DNA of 27,511 nucleotides from Planctomycetota bacterium (GCA_023433825.1 JAEYTU010000088.1:1-27511); one strand, 5' to 3'. Shown: positions 16,792 through 25,279, numbered from the stretch's first letter. The notes: generated from the letters alone by a model not told the origin. Numbers and translations are program-made.

Positions 16792-18453
16792 TCACGACAG
16801 CAGGCCGATCAGCACCGGCAGGACCGAGATCGCCCCGTACAGCGTGACCATCGCGAGCAGTTCGCGGCGAACCGCGGTCGGTGGGCGCTGGCCGGCGTCC
16901 TCGGCCCGCGGTCCGGTGGACGGCATCGACCCGCTGGCGATCTCGACGGGCCGAAGTGCCGTTTCCGCCTGTGTGTCCACGACATCGGGCGGCCGCAGGA
17001 GGCGCCGCCACGCGGCGAACGCGAGCACGACGCCGACCGGGACGGCGGCGATGGAACCAGCCAGCGCGGCTCCGCCGGCACCGAGTCCGGTCAGGACGAA
17101 CGCGCCGACCATCAGCGGACCGAAGTCGAGCGCGGTCTCCGGCCGGTCGACCGAGTCGGTGAACGGCAGGCACGGCAGCCGCGCCGTGCTGAAGTCGGCG
17201 ACGAAGACGCCGGTCGCGAATGCGAGCACGCTGCAGAACAGCACGGTGCGCACGTCGATGCCGAGCAGCACCGTCGTCGCGGCGGCGACGACGATCGTCG
17301 GCACCAACACGCAGATCACGAGAGCGACCCGCGCCGCGCGGCGTGCCAGTCCGAGATCCGGTGTCGGGCTCGTCGTGAACACCCAGTCGACGTGGGCCTG
17401 ATCGGCGCGCGGCAGGAACGCGACGAGGAACGGCAAGAAGATCGCCGGGAACTGCAGTGCGACACCGGCGAGCAGCGGTGTCGTCGACGGTGCCGCAGTG
17501 TTCGCCGCCAGCGCGACCATCGCGATCGGGATCCCGAACAACGGCAGCACGCGCGATCGGAACCCCGGGCTCCGCAGCAGCATCGTCGCCGTGAAGTCGG
17601 CGAACGCGCGTTCCGGCCCGGCACCGACCGATCGCAGCAGCAGTCGGCGCAGCAGTCCGCGCGAGGGCATGTGCCGCGACGCGACCTCCCGCCGAACGCG
17701 GCTGACCGCCGTCGCGACGGCGAACACGACCGCCAGCGCGCCGGCGAGGATCACGACCGCGTCGAGCGCGTTCGCCGGCGACACGAGCACGCGCGCGGCG
17801 AGGTACGGCGGCCAGTACTGCGCGAGGTCCGCGAGCGGCAGGTCGGCGATCGTTCCGCGCAGACGCCGCATGCCGAGTGCGAACCCGGCGACGCCGAACC
17901 CGAGAAGGGCCGCCTTCGTCGTCCCGGCCGCGAGCTGCGCGCGCGCGACGCCGATCGCCGCTGCGAGGACACGCAGCGCCGTCGCGAGTCCGCCCGACAT
18001 CAACCCAGCGCAGAACACGGCCGCGACGAGATATGCCGGGGCCGCGAGTGGTTGTCCGACCGAGAACGCGAACAGGATCGCCGCCGGCAGCGCCATCCCG
18101 ATCGTCACGATCCCGAGCCGGAACAGCCCGTGGATCGCGCGCGCCAGCACGATCGTCCGCGGCCGGACCGGCGCCGTGGCGAGCAGCACGTCGTCGGCGC
18201 GACCGAGCAGCGTCTCGTCGCCGAGCGCGCCGATGCCGACCAGCAGCGTCGACAGCGACAGGTTGGCCGCCGCGTATGCGATCGGCGGCGTGTCGCCGTG
18301 CAGCAGGGCTGCGAAGACGAGCCCGAGAAACGCCTGCGTGAACACGGTCGTCGTCAGGCTGCTGCCGCTGCCGCCGGTGCGGCGGGCGTCGGCGAAGAAG
18401 GCGAGCGTGGCCCACGCGCCGAGCAGCGCGCGCAGCGGCGAGACGTTCGTCAA
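16792..18453 (-). CDS. Polytopic membrane protein (about 12-14 TM), ABC-2-type permease-like
   Basis: TTG 18453 overlaps the FIST stop (TTGA). Many hydrophobic helices; motifs DDVLLATAPVRPRTIVLAR and WVFTTSP resemble duplicated ABC-permease halves. Confidence 0.7.
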   Translation of the reverse strand: MTNVSPLRALLGAWATLAFFADARRTGGSGSSLTTTVFTQAFLGLVFAALLHGDTPPIAYAAANLSLSTLLVGIGALGDETLLGRADDVLLATAPVRPRTIVLARAIHGLFRLGIVTIGMALPAAILFAFSVGQPLAAPAYLVAAVFCAGLMSGGLATALRVLAAAIGVARAQLAAGTTKAALLGFGVAGFALGMRRLRGTIADLPLADLAQYWPPYLAARVLVSPANALDAVVILAGALAVVFAVATAVSRVRREVASRHMPSRGLLRRLLLRSVGAGPERAFADFTATMLLRSPGFRSRVLPLFGIPIAMVALAANTAAPSTTPLLAGVALQFPAIFLPFLVAFLPRADQAHVDWVFTTSPTPDLGLARRAARVALVICVLVPTIVVAAATTVLLGIDVRTVLFCSVLAFATGVFVADFSTARLPCLPFTDSVDRPETALDFGPLMVGAFVLTGLGAGGAALAGSIAAVPVGVVLAFAAWRRLLRPPDVVDTQAETALRPVEIASGSMPSTGPRAEDAGQRPPTAVRRELLAMVTLYGAISVLPVLIGLLS

Positions 18454-19652
18454 CCCTGGAGCTCCGCCGGACGCGCGCGAAAGACGCCGAACGACGACGT
18501 GTAGCCGTGCAGGTGTGTGGCGCCCTGGACCGGACCGATCTCGCCGTTGCAGAAGAATCCGGCCAACGGGACTTCGCCGATCTCCTCGTGGAAGACGCGC
18601 GTGTCGTGGCCGTCCTCGCCGTACAGGTGCCGCCCGCGTCCGAGACACGAGAACAGGACCGCCCCGGCCGGCGCCGTGCGTGCACGTCGTCGACCACGCC
18701 GCAAGACGTCGATCAGGTCGCGACGACTCGTCGAGCGGTCGCGCAGGTGGAACTGAACCGCGCGTCCGACCGACAGCACCTCACCGATCGTCAGCGAGCC
18801 CCGGTTCGGATCGACGCCGAGCACGTTGCGGATCAGGTAGTCGCCCGGCCCCGGATCCTCGCTCGCGAACGGATCCATCGCGATCCCGAGGAAGAGCGGG
18901 TTGCGTCGCGCCAACTCGAGGTCCGCCTCGTCGAGTCCCTCCAACTGCTCCTGCAGGAACTGCAGCGTTCGCTTGCCGTCGACGCCTTCGAGCCGGTGCT
19001 GACTGGCAGCCGTGATGTGGCCGACCTTGCCGAACGGCTTGCAGCCCTGCGCCACCATCGCATCGAGCACGACGGCGCCGCCGATCGCGAGAACGATCGC
19101 GCCGCTGCGGTGGCAACGCCGTCCGTGCACCAACACGTGCCGCTCGGGATCGTTCGCGCCGCTGACCAGTCCGCCGACCTTCGGCGCCTTCGGGAACGCG
19201 AAGTCGAGTCCGTCGAGCAGACGTTCGGCCGCGAACGTGAACGGCTCCGGCAGCACGACGAGTCCGCTGACGTCGCTCGGCGTGATGCCGACGCGTTCGA
19301 TCCAGACCGACGGCGGCGCGTCCGGACTCGGCAGGTCGCCGTCCTCCCAATGCGTCGCGTGCAGTCGCGCGCCCGGCATCCAGCCGGCGAGCACCGAGAG
19401 CGCCGGCGTGCCCTCGACCTCGCTGCGCGCCCCGATGATCCCGCCGCCGCTGCACCCGACCATCGTCTTCGGGCTCAGCGCGTCGTGCAGTCGGATCACG
19501 GCCTCGTCGGGACTGCCCTGCGTGTGCGGCGAGACGAAGACGATCGCGAGATCGATCGGTCGGTCCCCGAGATCGCGGCGGACGGCTGCGGTGACCTCGT
19601 CGACTGCGCGTCGGAGATCGGGATCTCGGCTCAGTGCGGAGGCGAACTGCAT
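18450..19652 (-). CDS. FIST N/C domain signal-transduction protein
   Basis: GCSGGGIIG, VGGLVSG, VAQGCKPFG, YLIRNVLGVD, VQFHLRD, LFSCLGRG and GFFCNGEIGP..LHGYTS. Start is ATG 19652 (alternatives 19667, 19691). Confidence 0.9.
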   Translation of the reverse strand: MQFASALSRDPDLRRAVDEVTAAVRRDLGDRPIDLAIVFVSPHTQGSPDEAVIRLHDALSPKTMVGCSGGGIIGARSEVEGTPALSVLAGWMPGARLHATHWEDGDLPSPDAPPSVWIERVGITPSDVSGLVVLPEPFTFAAERLLDGLDFAFPKAPKVGGLVSGANDPERHVLVHGRRCHRSGAIVLAIGGAVVLDAMVAQGCKPFGKVGHITAASQHRLEGVDGKRTLQFLQEQLEGLDEADLELARRNPLFLGIAMDPFASEDPGPGDYLIRNVLGVDPNRGSLTIGEVLSVGRAVQFHLRDRSTSRRDLIDVLRRGRRRARTAPAGAVLFSCLGRGRHLYGEDGHDTRVFHEEIGEVPLAGFFCNGEIGPVQGATHLHGYTSSFGVFRARPAELQG

Positions 19653-19732
19653 CGCGCGCCGCACCATACCTGCGTCCGCGCGGTCGTGCACTGGCGTGGA
19701 CGTCGTGCACGCGCTGGCTAACGTCCCGCGCC

Positions 19733-20515
19733 GTGGACCTTCTGCTGGTCAGCGGCCGTCATTCGCCGGCCGAACGCGATCGACGCTGGCAAGCTGCGCA
19801 AGCTCTGGCGCAGGCCTGGGCGCGCGCCGGTCATCGCGTGCGCTGGTTGGCGTCCGCGCCGCGCGGTCTGTCGCCGCCGAACGTGCCCGGCGTCGAGGTC
19901 GAGACGACGACGTCCGCGTATCCGTCGTTCCGGTTCGTCCAGAGTCGCCTGACCGACGCACCGCTCGAACGCGCTCTCTCGCGGGCCCTGCGTGCGCGAC
20001 TCCCCGACGTCGTCCTCGTCTCCGACTATGGCGGCGGAACGGCGTGGTCGCTGCCGTGGATCGTCGAACGCCTCGGCGCACGCGTCGTCGTCGCGACGGA
20101 GTCGGCCCGCGTGCTGTGTCATCGCGGGACGCTCGTCCACGCGACCGAAGGCGCATGCGGCGACTTCCTCGATCCGCGTCGCTGTCGGGACTGCTGCTCG
20201 ATGTCGACTCCGGACGGACTCGGACCGATTGCTGCGGCCGCGGCGCGGCGACTGCGCTGGCTGCACGGGTTCTCGCCGTTCCCGAACTCGGTGCAGTTCG
20301 AGAACCGCCTCGACATGGTCGTGCACGGTCTGCTGAACTCCGACCTCGTGCTGGTCGAGGACGCGATCGCCGTCGAACGGCTCGTCGCCGCGGGCGTCGG
20401 CAGACGCGTGCTGCGCGTCGTTCCGCTCGCCGAACGGACGCCGGAGGCGTTGCTCGAACTGTTCGGGTCGCTCGTCGGTCAGGAAGCGCCGCCGGCCAAC
20501 GCCGCAGGATCCTGA
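19733..20515 (+). CDS. Glycosyltransferase family 4-like N-terminal domain protein (stand-alone)
   Basis: GTG 19733 lies 8 nt after TAACGT. Motifs LAQAWARAGHRVRWL, LPDVVLV, RVVVAT..ARVLCHRGTL...C...C..CC and SDLVLV. No C-terminal donor-binding domain is present. Confidence 0.7.
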   Translation: MDLLLVSGRHSPAERDRRWQAAQALAQAWARAGHRVRWLASAPRGLSPPNVPGVEVETTTSAYPSFRFVQSRLTDAPLERALSRALRARLPDVVLVSDYGGGTAWSLPWIVERLGARVVVATESARVLCHRGTLVHATEGACGDFLDPRRCRDCCSMSTPDGLGPIAAAAARRLRWLHGFSPFPNSVQFENRLDMVVHGLLNSDLVLVEDAIAVERLVAAGVGRRVLRVVPLAERTPEALLELFGSLVGQEAPPANAAGS

Positions 20516-21267
20516 CGGTAGTAGCGCCGCAACTGCTCGTAGACGGCCGGGTAGTCGGCCAAGAGATCGTGCGGCGTCTCGAAGAACGCCTCCGACGTGA
20601 CGGCGAAGAACTCTGCCGGATCGGTCGCGGCGTACGGATCGAGCCGCGTCTCCTCACCGTCGTCGACGCGCGCCCCGAGATCCGCGAACGCTGCCGAGAA
20701 TTCCCGTCGCCATTCCGCCGGGTCCATGTCGGCGTGCAGTGGGGGCATTCCGTCGGTCGCACCGCTGCGGATGTCGAGCTTGTGCGCGAACTCGTGGACG
20801 ACGAGGTTGTAGGCCTCTCCGGCTGCGCCTGCGTCGACGCCCTCGAGCACGTCGGCCCACGACAACACGACCGGACCCTCGGGCCACGCCTCGCCGGCGC
20901 GCGCTTCGTCGTCGATCGTCACGATCCCGATCTCGTCCTCGCTGACCTCGCGCGTGCGGAACTGGTCCGGGTAGACGACGACGGTCTGCCAGCCGTCGTA
21001 GACGTCGAACCCGAGTTCGAGCACGAGCAGGCAAGCCTGGACGGCGATCACGTCGCGCATCGCGTCGGTCACGACGAAGCCATGGGCACCGACGAACTCC
21101 TTCTCGTGGACGAACAGCGTGACGAGGTCGCGCAGCCGTTCGCGATCCGCCTCCGGGAGCCGCGCCGCCGGCCGAACGTGCGTCAGCGCGGCCGCGAACG
21201 CCGCCGCGTCGAACCGACCCCGCGCGAGGACACGCCGTCGACGGCGAGCGCGCCACCAGCGGAGCAC
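20479..21267 (-). CDS. mtfA: Zinc-dependent peptidase, M90 family (MtfA-like)
   Basis: KEFVGAHG, IAVQACLL, VVVYPDQF, GEAWPEGPVVLSW, NLVVHEFAHKLD and YAATDPAEFFAVTSEAFFE. Confidence 0.9.
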   Translation of the reverse strand: MLRWWRARRRRRVLARGRFDAAAFAAALTHVRPAARLPEADRERLRDLVTLFVHEKEFVGAHGFVVTDAMRDVIAVQACLLVLELGFDVYDGWQTVVVYPDQFRTREVSEDEIGIVTIDDEARAGEAWPEGPVVLSWADVLEGVDAGAAGEAYNLVVHEFAHKLDIRSGATDGMPPLHADMDPAEWRREFSAAFADLGARVDDGEETRLDPYAATDPAEFFAVTSEAFFETPHDLLADYPAVYEQLRRYYRQDPAALAGGAS

Positions 21268-21268
21268 G

Positions 21269-22882
21269 TCAGTGGTCGCCGGCTTCGCGCATCCGGCGGA
21301 GGCGACGTTCGTCGGCGCCCTGCTCGGCCTGCATGCGGCCGAGGAACGCCTCGCCCTCCTGCACGCGGATCAGGCTCGCGAACAGCGGGCTGACCTGCTG
21401 CACGTGCCGCCACATGTCGATCGCGACGCGGCGGTAGGCGAAGTGACCCTCGGGTCCCGACCGCAGCTCGATGAAATAGGCGAGCTGTCGCGGCTCGAAC
21501 TGGATTCGCACACGCTGCAGGAACGCGAACGGCGTCACGTATCCGGCCGCGAGCGGGAAGCGTCGCTCGACGACCTGTTGCAGTTCGGCTGCGCGATCGA
21601 GCGTGTCGCGGAACTCGCCGTCGAGCCCGGCCTCGACCAGCAGTGGCGGAACGACGTAGCCGTGGGCCGTCGTCAATCGCTGTTGCTGCTGGAAGCCCTT
21701 CCGATGCCGCCCGATGTCGCGATAGGCACCGAAGTCGACGACGACCTCGAACTCGAACGGATCCGCGCCCTCGATCCCGGCCGGGAGTGCATCCCGCGGC
21801 CCTCGCGCCGCGACCAGCGACTGCAGCGCCTGCTCGCGTTCGGCGCGCGGCATCGCCGTGACCTTCGCCACGCAGTCGGCGAACGGCAACGACGCCGACT
21901 CGTACAGCAGCGACGCGAGCAAGCGCGCGTCGAGGTCGCGATCGTGACGCAGCAGCGTCACCGACGGCGTGCCGACGCCGGTCACGCGCGGCGCCGTGCC
22001 GAGGCGACGCGCGGCCGGCGGATGGTCGCGATGTTGAGCGGCGAGGAACGCGTTCGGACGCGCGTGCAGCAGCAGCGAGCGCACGACGCGATCGCCTTGC
22101 GCCTTCAGTTGCTCGCCGACGATCCGGAACTCGGCGAGGGGGTGACTCGACAGCTCGACGACCATGTCGGACAGCGTTCGTGCGTCGACGACCATGCCCC
22201 ACTTCGTGTAGAGCGCCGGCGTCAGCAGGTATCGCGCCGCGTCGAACGCCTCGGCCTTGATCGCGCGCAGGTACGGCGCCTCCTTCTCGTCTTGGCGCTG
22301 CGGTCGCGTCCGGCGGAGATGGGCGAGCAGTGCGTCGGTCAGCCGTTCGTAGAGCGTGAACGTCGACTGGAGCACGCTCTCGTAGGCCGCCGCGGCCTCG
22401 GGGTCGGCGGCGACGTCCGGGTCGCGCCAGTGACCTTCGCTGCGGAACGACACGTAGCGCGTCGACGACTCCTCGAAGCTGCAGCGCCGCTCGCGCTGCA
22501 GGAACCGCGTGACGAGTTGCGAGACGTTCTCGACCGCGAAGTGCAGCACCGACCCCTCGCGCAGCGAGTTGTGGCCGTGGTCGACGGCATAGGTCTTCAG
22601 GAACTGCCCCGACTTGTCGGCGAGCACGGTGCTCAACCCGTCCGGCGCCGCGTCACCGATCTCGAAGTCGTCGAGCGTGCGCCCGGTCTCGGCGAGCCCC
22701 TTCGTCAACCGTTGCAGGAAGTTGTCGCGCATCGACAGCGAGCTGCGCGAGTAGACCCCGTTCAGCGTCGCGGCGACCTCCGGTGGCAAACCGTGCACGA
22801 GGTAGACGTCGGCATGATCGCGACGATCGACCTCGGAGAAGTAGCGCGAGAGGAGTCGGCGTTCGCGTTCGCTGTATGTCAT
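21269..22882 (-). CDS. thyX: FAD-dependent thymidylate synthase, tandem two-domain (Chlamydia-like) form
   Basis: LPPEV...YSRS, YAVDHGHNSLRE, SFEESSTRY and AFDAARYLL in the first half; DFGAYRDIGRHR and YFIELRSGPEGHFAYR in the second. ATG 22882, 537 aa. Confidence 0.88.
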   Translation of the reverse strand: MTYSERERRLLSRYFSEVDRRDHADVYLVHGLPPEVAATLNGVYSRSSLSMRDNFLQRLTKGLAETGRTLDDFEIGDAAPDGLSTVLADKSGQFLKTYAVDHGHNSLREGSVLHFAVENVSQLVTRFLQRERRCSFEESSTRYVSFRSEGHWRDPDVAADPEAAAAYESVLQSTFTLYERLTDALLAHLRRTRPQRQDEKEAPYLRAIKAEAFDAARYLLTPALYTKWGMVVDARTLSDMVVELSSHPLAEFRIVGEQLKAQGDRVVRSLLLHARPNAFLAAQHRDHPPAARRLGTAPRVTGVGTPSVTLLRHDRDLDARLLASLLYESASLPFADCVAKVTAMPRAEREQALQSLVAARGPRDALPAGIEGADPFEFEVVVDFGAYRDIGRHRKGFQQQQRLTTAHGYVVPPLLVEAGLDGEFRDTLDRAAELQQVVERRFPLAAGYVTPFAFLQRVRIQFEPRQLAYFIELRSGPEGHFAYRRVAIDMWRHVQQVSPLFASLIRVQEGEAFLGRMQAEQGADERRLRRMREAGDH

Positions 22883-22899
22883 CGGGAGCGGCCGTTCGC

Positions 22900-23835
22900 T
22901 CAATGCTGCCCTTCCAGCCAGCGCTCGGCCTCGATCGCCGCCATGCAGCCGGTCCCCGCCGCGGTCACGGCCTGCCGGTAGTAGCTGTCCTGGCAGTCGC
23001 CGCACGCGAAGACGCCGGGGATGTTCGTCTCGGTCTTGCCGGGCACGGTCTTGATGTAGCCCTTCTCGTCCATGTCGAGCAGGCCGCGGAAGATCGCGGT
23101 GTTCGGCGTGTGGCCGATCGCGAGGAACAAGCCCTCGGCGGGCACCTTCCGCTTCTTTCCGGTCTTGTTGTCGAGCAGCTCGAGTCCCGTCACCTTGCCG
23201 GCGGCGACGTCGAAGACGTCGGTGACCTCGGTGTTCCACAGCACCTCGATCTTCGGATGCTCGGTTGCACGCGTCGCCATGATCTTGCTCGCGCGCAGCA
23301 CGTCACGCCGGACGACCATGTAGACCTTCGTGCAGAACTTGGTCAGGAACGTCGCCTCCTCGCACGCCGAGTCACCGCCGCCGACGACGTAGACGGTCTT
23401 GTTCTTGAAGAAGAACCCGTCGCACGTCGCGCATGCCGACACGCCGCGGCCCTGCAGGGCGGTCTCGTTCGGCAGCCCGAGGTACTGCGCCGACGCGCCG
23501 GTCGAGACGATCAACGTCTCGCACTCGTGGACGGCGTCGTCGTTCGTGAAGACGCGGAACGGCCGCTTCGACAGGTCGACCTTCTCGCCGGTGACGTGGA
23601 CGACCTCGGTCCCGAAGCGCTCCGCCTGCTTCTTGAAGTGCTCCATCATCTCCGGGCCCATGATCCCGTCGGGGAAGCCCGGGTAGTTCTCGACGTCGTT
23701 CGTGATCGTCAGTTGGCCGCCGGGTTGCGGGCCGGCGATCAGCAACGGCTCCATCGCCGCGCGGGCGGCGTAGATGGCGGCGGTGTAGCCGGCCGGGCCG
23801 GAACCGAGGATGAGAGTCTTTCGCGCCTTCGACAT
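22900..23835 (-). CDS. trxB: Thioredoxin-disulfide reductase
   Basis: GSGPAGYTAAIY, GGQL, VENYPGF, active site CATCDG, VGGGDSACEEA and FACGD...RQAVTAAGTGCMAA. Confidence 0.97.
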   Translation of the reverse strand: MSKARKTLILGSGPAGYTAAIYAARAAMEPLLIAGPQPGGQLTITNDVENYPGFPDGIMGPEMMEHFKKQAERFGTEVVHVTGEKVDLSKRPFRVFTNDDAVHECETLIVSTGASAQYLGLPNETALQGRGVSACATCDGFFFKNKTVYVVGGGDSACEEATFLTKFCTKVYMVVRRDVLRASKIMATRATEHPKIEVLWNTEVTDVFDVAAGKVTGLELLDNKTGKKRKVPAEGLFLAIGHTPNTAIFRGLLDMDEKGYIKTVPGKTETNIPGVFACGDCQDSYYRQAVTAAGTGCMAAIEAERWLEGQH

Positions 23836-23861
23836 CGGGATCTCGTGAACGGAGGGCGGGG

Positions 23862-23867
23862 ACGTTA
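23862..23867 (-). promoter_or_regulatory. -10 element (TAACGT) upstream of trxB
   Basis: Minus strand GCTAACGTCCCCGCCC matches the recurring promoter motif of this window. Confidence 0.4.
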
Positions 23868-23899
23868 GCGACCCGCTCCGCCACTGTCACCGATCGCGG

Positions 23900-24418
23900 T
23901 CAGCGGTCGTGCTTCCGCAGCAGCGCCTCGGCGCGTCGCACTTCGTCGGGATCGAGTGCCGCTGGCGCGAGTTGCGGCGACGCGGTCGGGGTCGCGCGGG
24001 TCTCGTGGTGATGTGCCGTCGTCGCGACGAGGTCGACGCAGAACGCGCGGTCTTCGCGCACGACGACGTAGCGCGCTTCGTCGCCGGTGTTCGGATCGTC
24101 CGCGTGGATCGTGAAGCCGTCGGCGTGCCCGGTGACCGCGCGCGGCAACAGCCGCTGCTTGCCGGTCATGTCGAGTGCGAGCAGCGACGTCAGCGCGAGG
24201 CGCGACTCGCTCGTCAGCGCGGCGCGCAGCGCGGCGCGATCCTTCGCGAACAGCGCGTCCTGGAATCGTTCGAACGCGGCCAGCGCTTCGGTCTCGCGTG
24301 GGTCGGCTCGGCGCGTCGCTGCGCCGTCACTGCATGCGCCGATCGTCACCAGCAAGACTGCGAACGTGCGAGACGCGGCGGATGCGAGCCGCCGGACGGG
24401 GGGATGAGTCGACGCCAT
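23900..24418 (-). CDS. Putative lipoprotein, unknown function
   Basis: Basic N-region, hydrophobic stretch and lipobox-like IGAC. Core ALAAFERFQDALFAKDRAALRAALT...YVVVREDRAF is reminiscent of NTF2-like lipoproteins. Confidence 0.65.
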   Translation of the reverse strand: MASTHPPVRRLASAASRTFAVLLVTIGACSDGAATRRADPRETEALAAFERFQDALFAKDRAALRAALTSESRLALTSLLALDMTGKQRLLPRAVTGHADGFTIHADDPNTGDEARYVVVREDRAFCVDLVATTAHHHETRATPTASPQLAPAALDPDEVRRAEALLRKHDR

Positions 24419-24439
24419 GGCGCCGACGTCATCGACGTT

Positions 24440-25240
24440 TCAGGTGCCGGGCTTGAGGGTGTCGACGGCGCGGTCGGCGTCGCTCGGGCCGAGAATCGCG
24501 GCGGCGCGCAACGCTGGATCCGCCGTCTGCGTCAGGTGACGGAACGAGTCGGCGAGGTTGGCGGCGGCGCCGGCCCGCGCGCGGAGTTCGGCCAGCGTGC
24601 CGGCCGCCTGCACGCGCCCGCGATCGAGCAGCACGATCCGGTCGGCGAGGTTCTCGACGACGTCGAGCAGGTGACTGCACAGCAGGACGGCGCCACCGCG
24701 GCGGGCGAACGCGACGACGAGTTCGCGCAGCACGAGGCTGGTCTCGACGTCGAGACCCGAGTGCGGCTCGTCGAGGATCAGCAGCCGCGGCTGCGTCGCG
24801 AGTGCCGCTGCGAGCGAGACGCGCTGCAGCATTCCCTTGCTGAAGCCGACCATCGCGTCGTCGGCGCGTTCGGCGAGGCCGAAGCCGCCCAGCAGTCGCT
24901 TCGCGGCGGCGTGGATCGCGTCGTCCGAGAGTCCGAACAAGCGGCCCTTCAGCAGCAGGAACTCGTTGGGGGTCAGGGCCTCGTAGAGATGCGCGACCTC
25001 GGGGACGTAGGCGATGCGACGGCGCGCGGCGACCGGATCGCGGCGCAGGTCGATGCCGTCGACGGTGATCGTGCCTGCGTCCTGCTGACCGAGTCCGACG
25101 ATGCACTGGATCGTCGTGCTCTTGCCGGCGCCGTTCGGTCCGAGCAGCGCGACGACTTCGCCGCTCGCGACCGTCATGTCGAGACCTTCGACGGCGACGC
25201 GTTCACCGTAGGTCTTGCGCAATCCTTCGACGCGTAGCAT
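24440..25240 (-). CDS. ABC transporter ATP-binding protein (ABC-2 exporter type)
   Basis: ATG 25240 (MLRVEGLRKTYG), Walker A GPNGAGKST, signature FSKGMLQR, Walker B LILDEP and H-loop CSH. Confidence 0.93.
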   Translation of the reverse strand: MLRVEGLRKTYGERVAVEGLDMTVASGEVVALLGPNGAGKSTTIQCIVGLGQQDAGTITVDGIDLRRDPVAARRRIAYVPEVAHLYEALTPNEFLLLKGRLFGLSDDAIHAAAKRLLGGFGLAERADDAMVGFSKGMLQRVSLAAALATQPRLLILDEPHSGLDVETSLVLRELVVAFARRGGAVLLCSHLLDVVENLADRIVLLDRGRVQAAGTLAELRARAGAAANLADSFRHLTQTADPALRAAAILGPSDADRAVDTLKPGT

Positions 25241-25279
25241 GCGCGGCCTTCTATCCGTGCCCGATCCGAGACTCAAAGT

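Noticed and set aside
18454..18648. Upstream extension of the membrane protein ORF to 18648
   Set aside because: It overlaps the FIST C-terminus out of frame; the TTGA-coupled start at 18453 is more plausible.
20479..20515. 37-nt tail-to-tail overlap between the GT-like and mtfA genes
   Set aside because: Short convergent overlaps with low-complexity tails are common in compact high-GC genomes; no specific signal seen.
19012..21393. Long alternative ORFs (793 aa here; also 10007..12112, 10017..11939, 16733..18697, 21119..22981, 4607..6349)
   Set aside because: They are Arg/Ala/Pro-rich, carry no motifs and overlap well-supported genes, as expected for shadow ORFs at this GC content.
22883..23239. 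N-terminal extension of ThyX overlapping trxB (ORF 21269..23239), suggesting a fusion or frameshift
   Set aside because: The extension is Arg-rich off-frame translation of trxB. trxB has its own stop at 22900 and thyX has an ATG at 22882.
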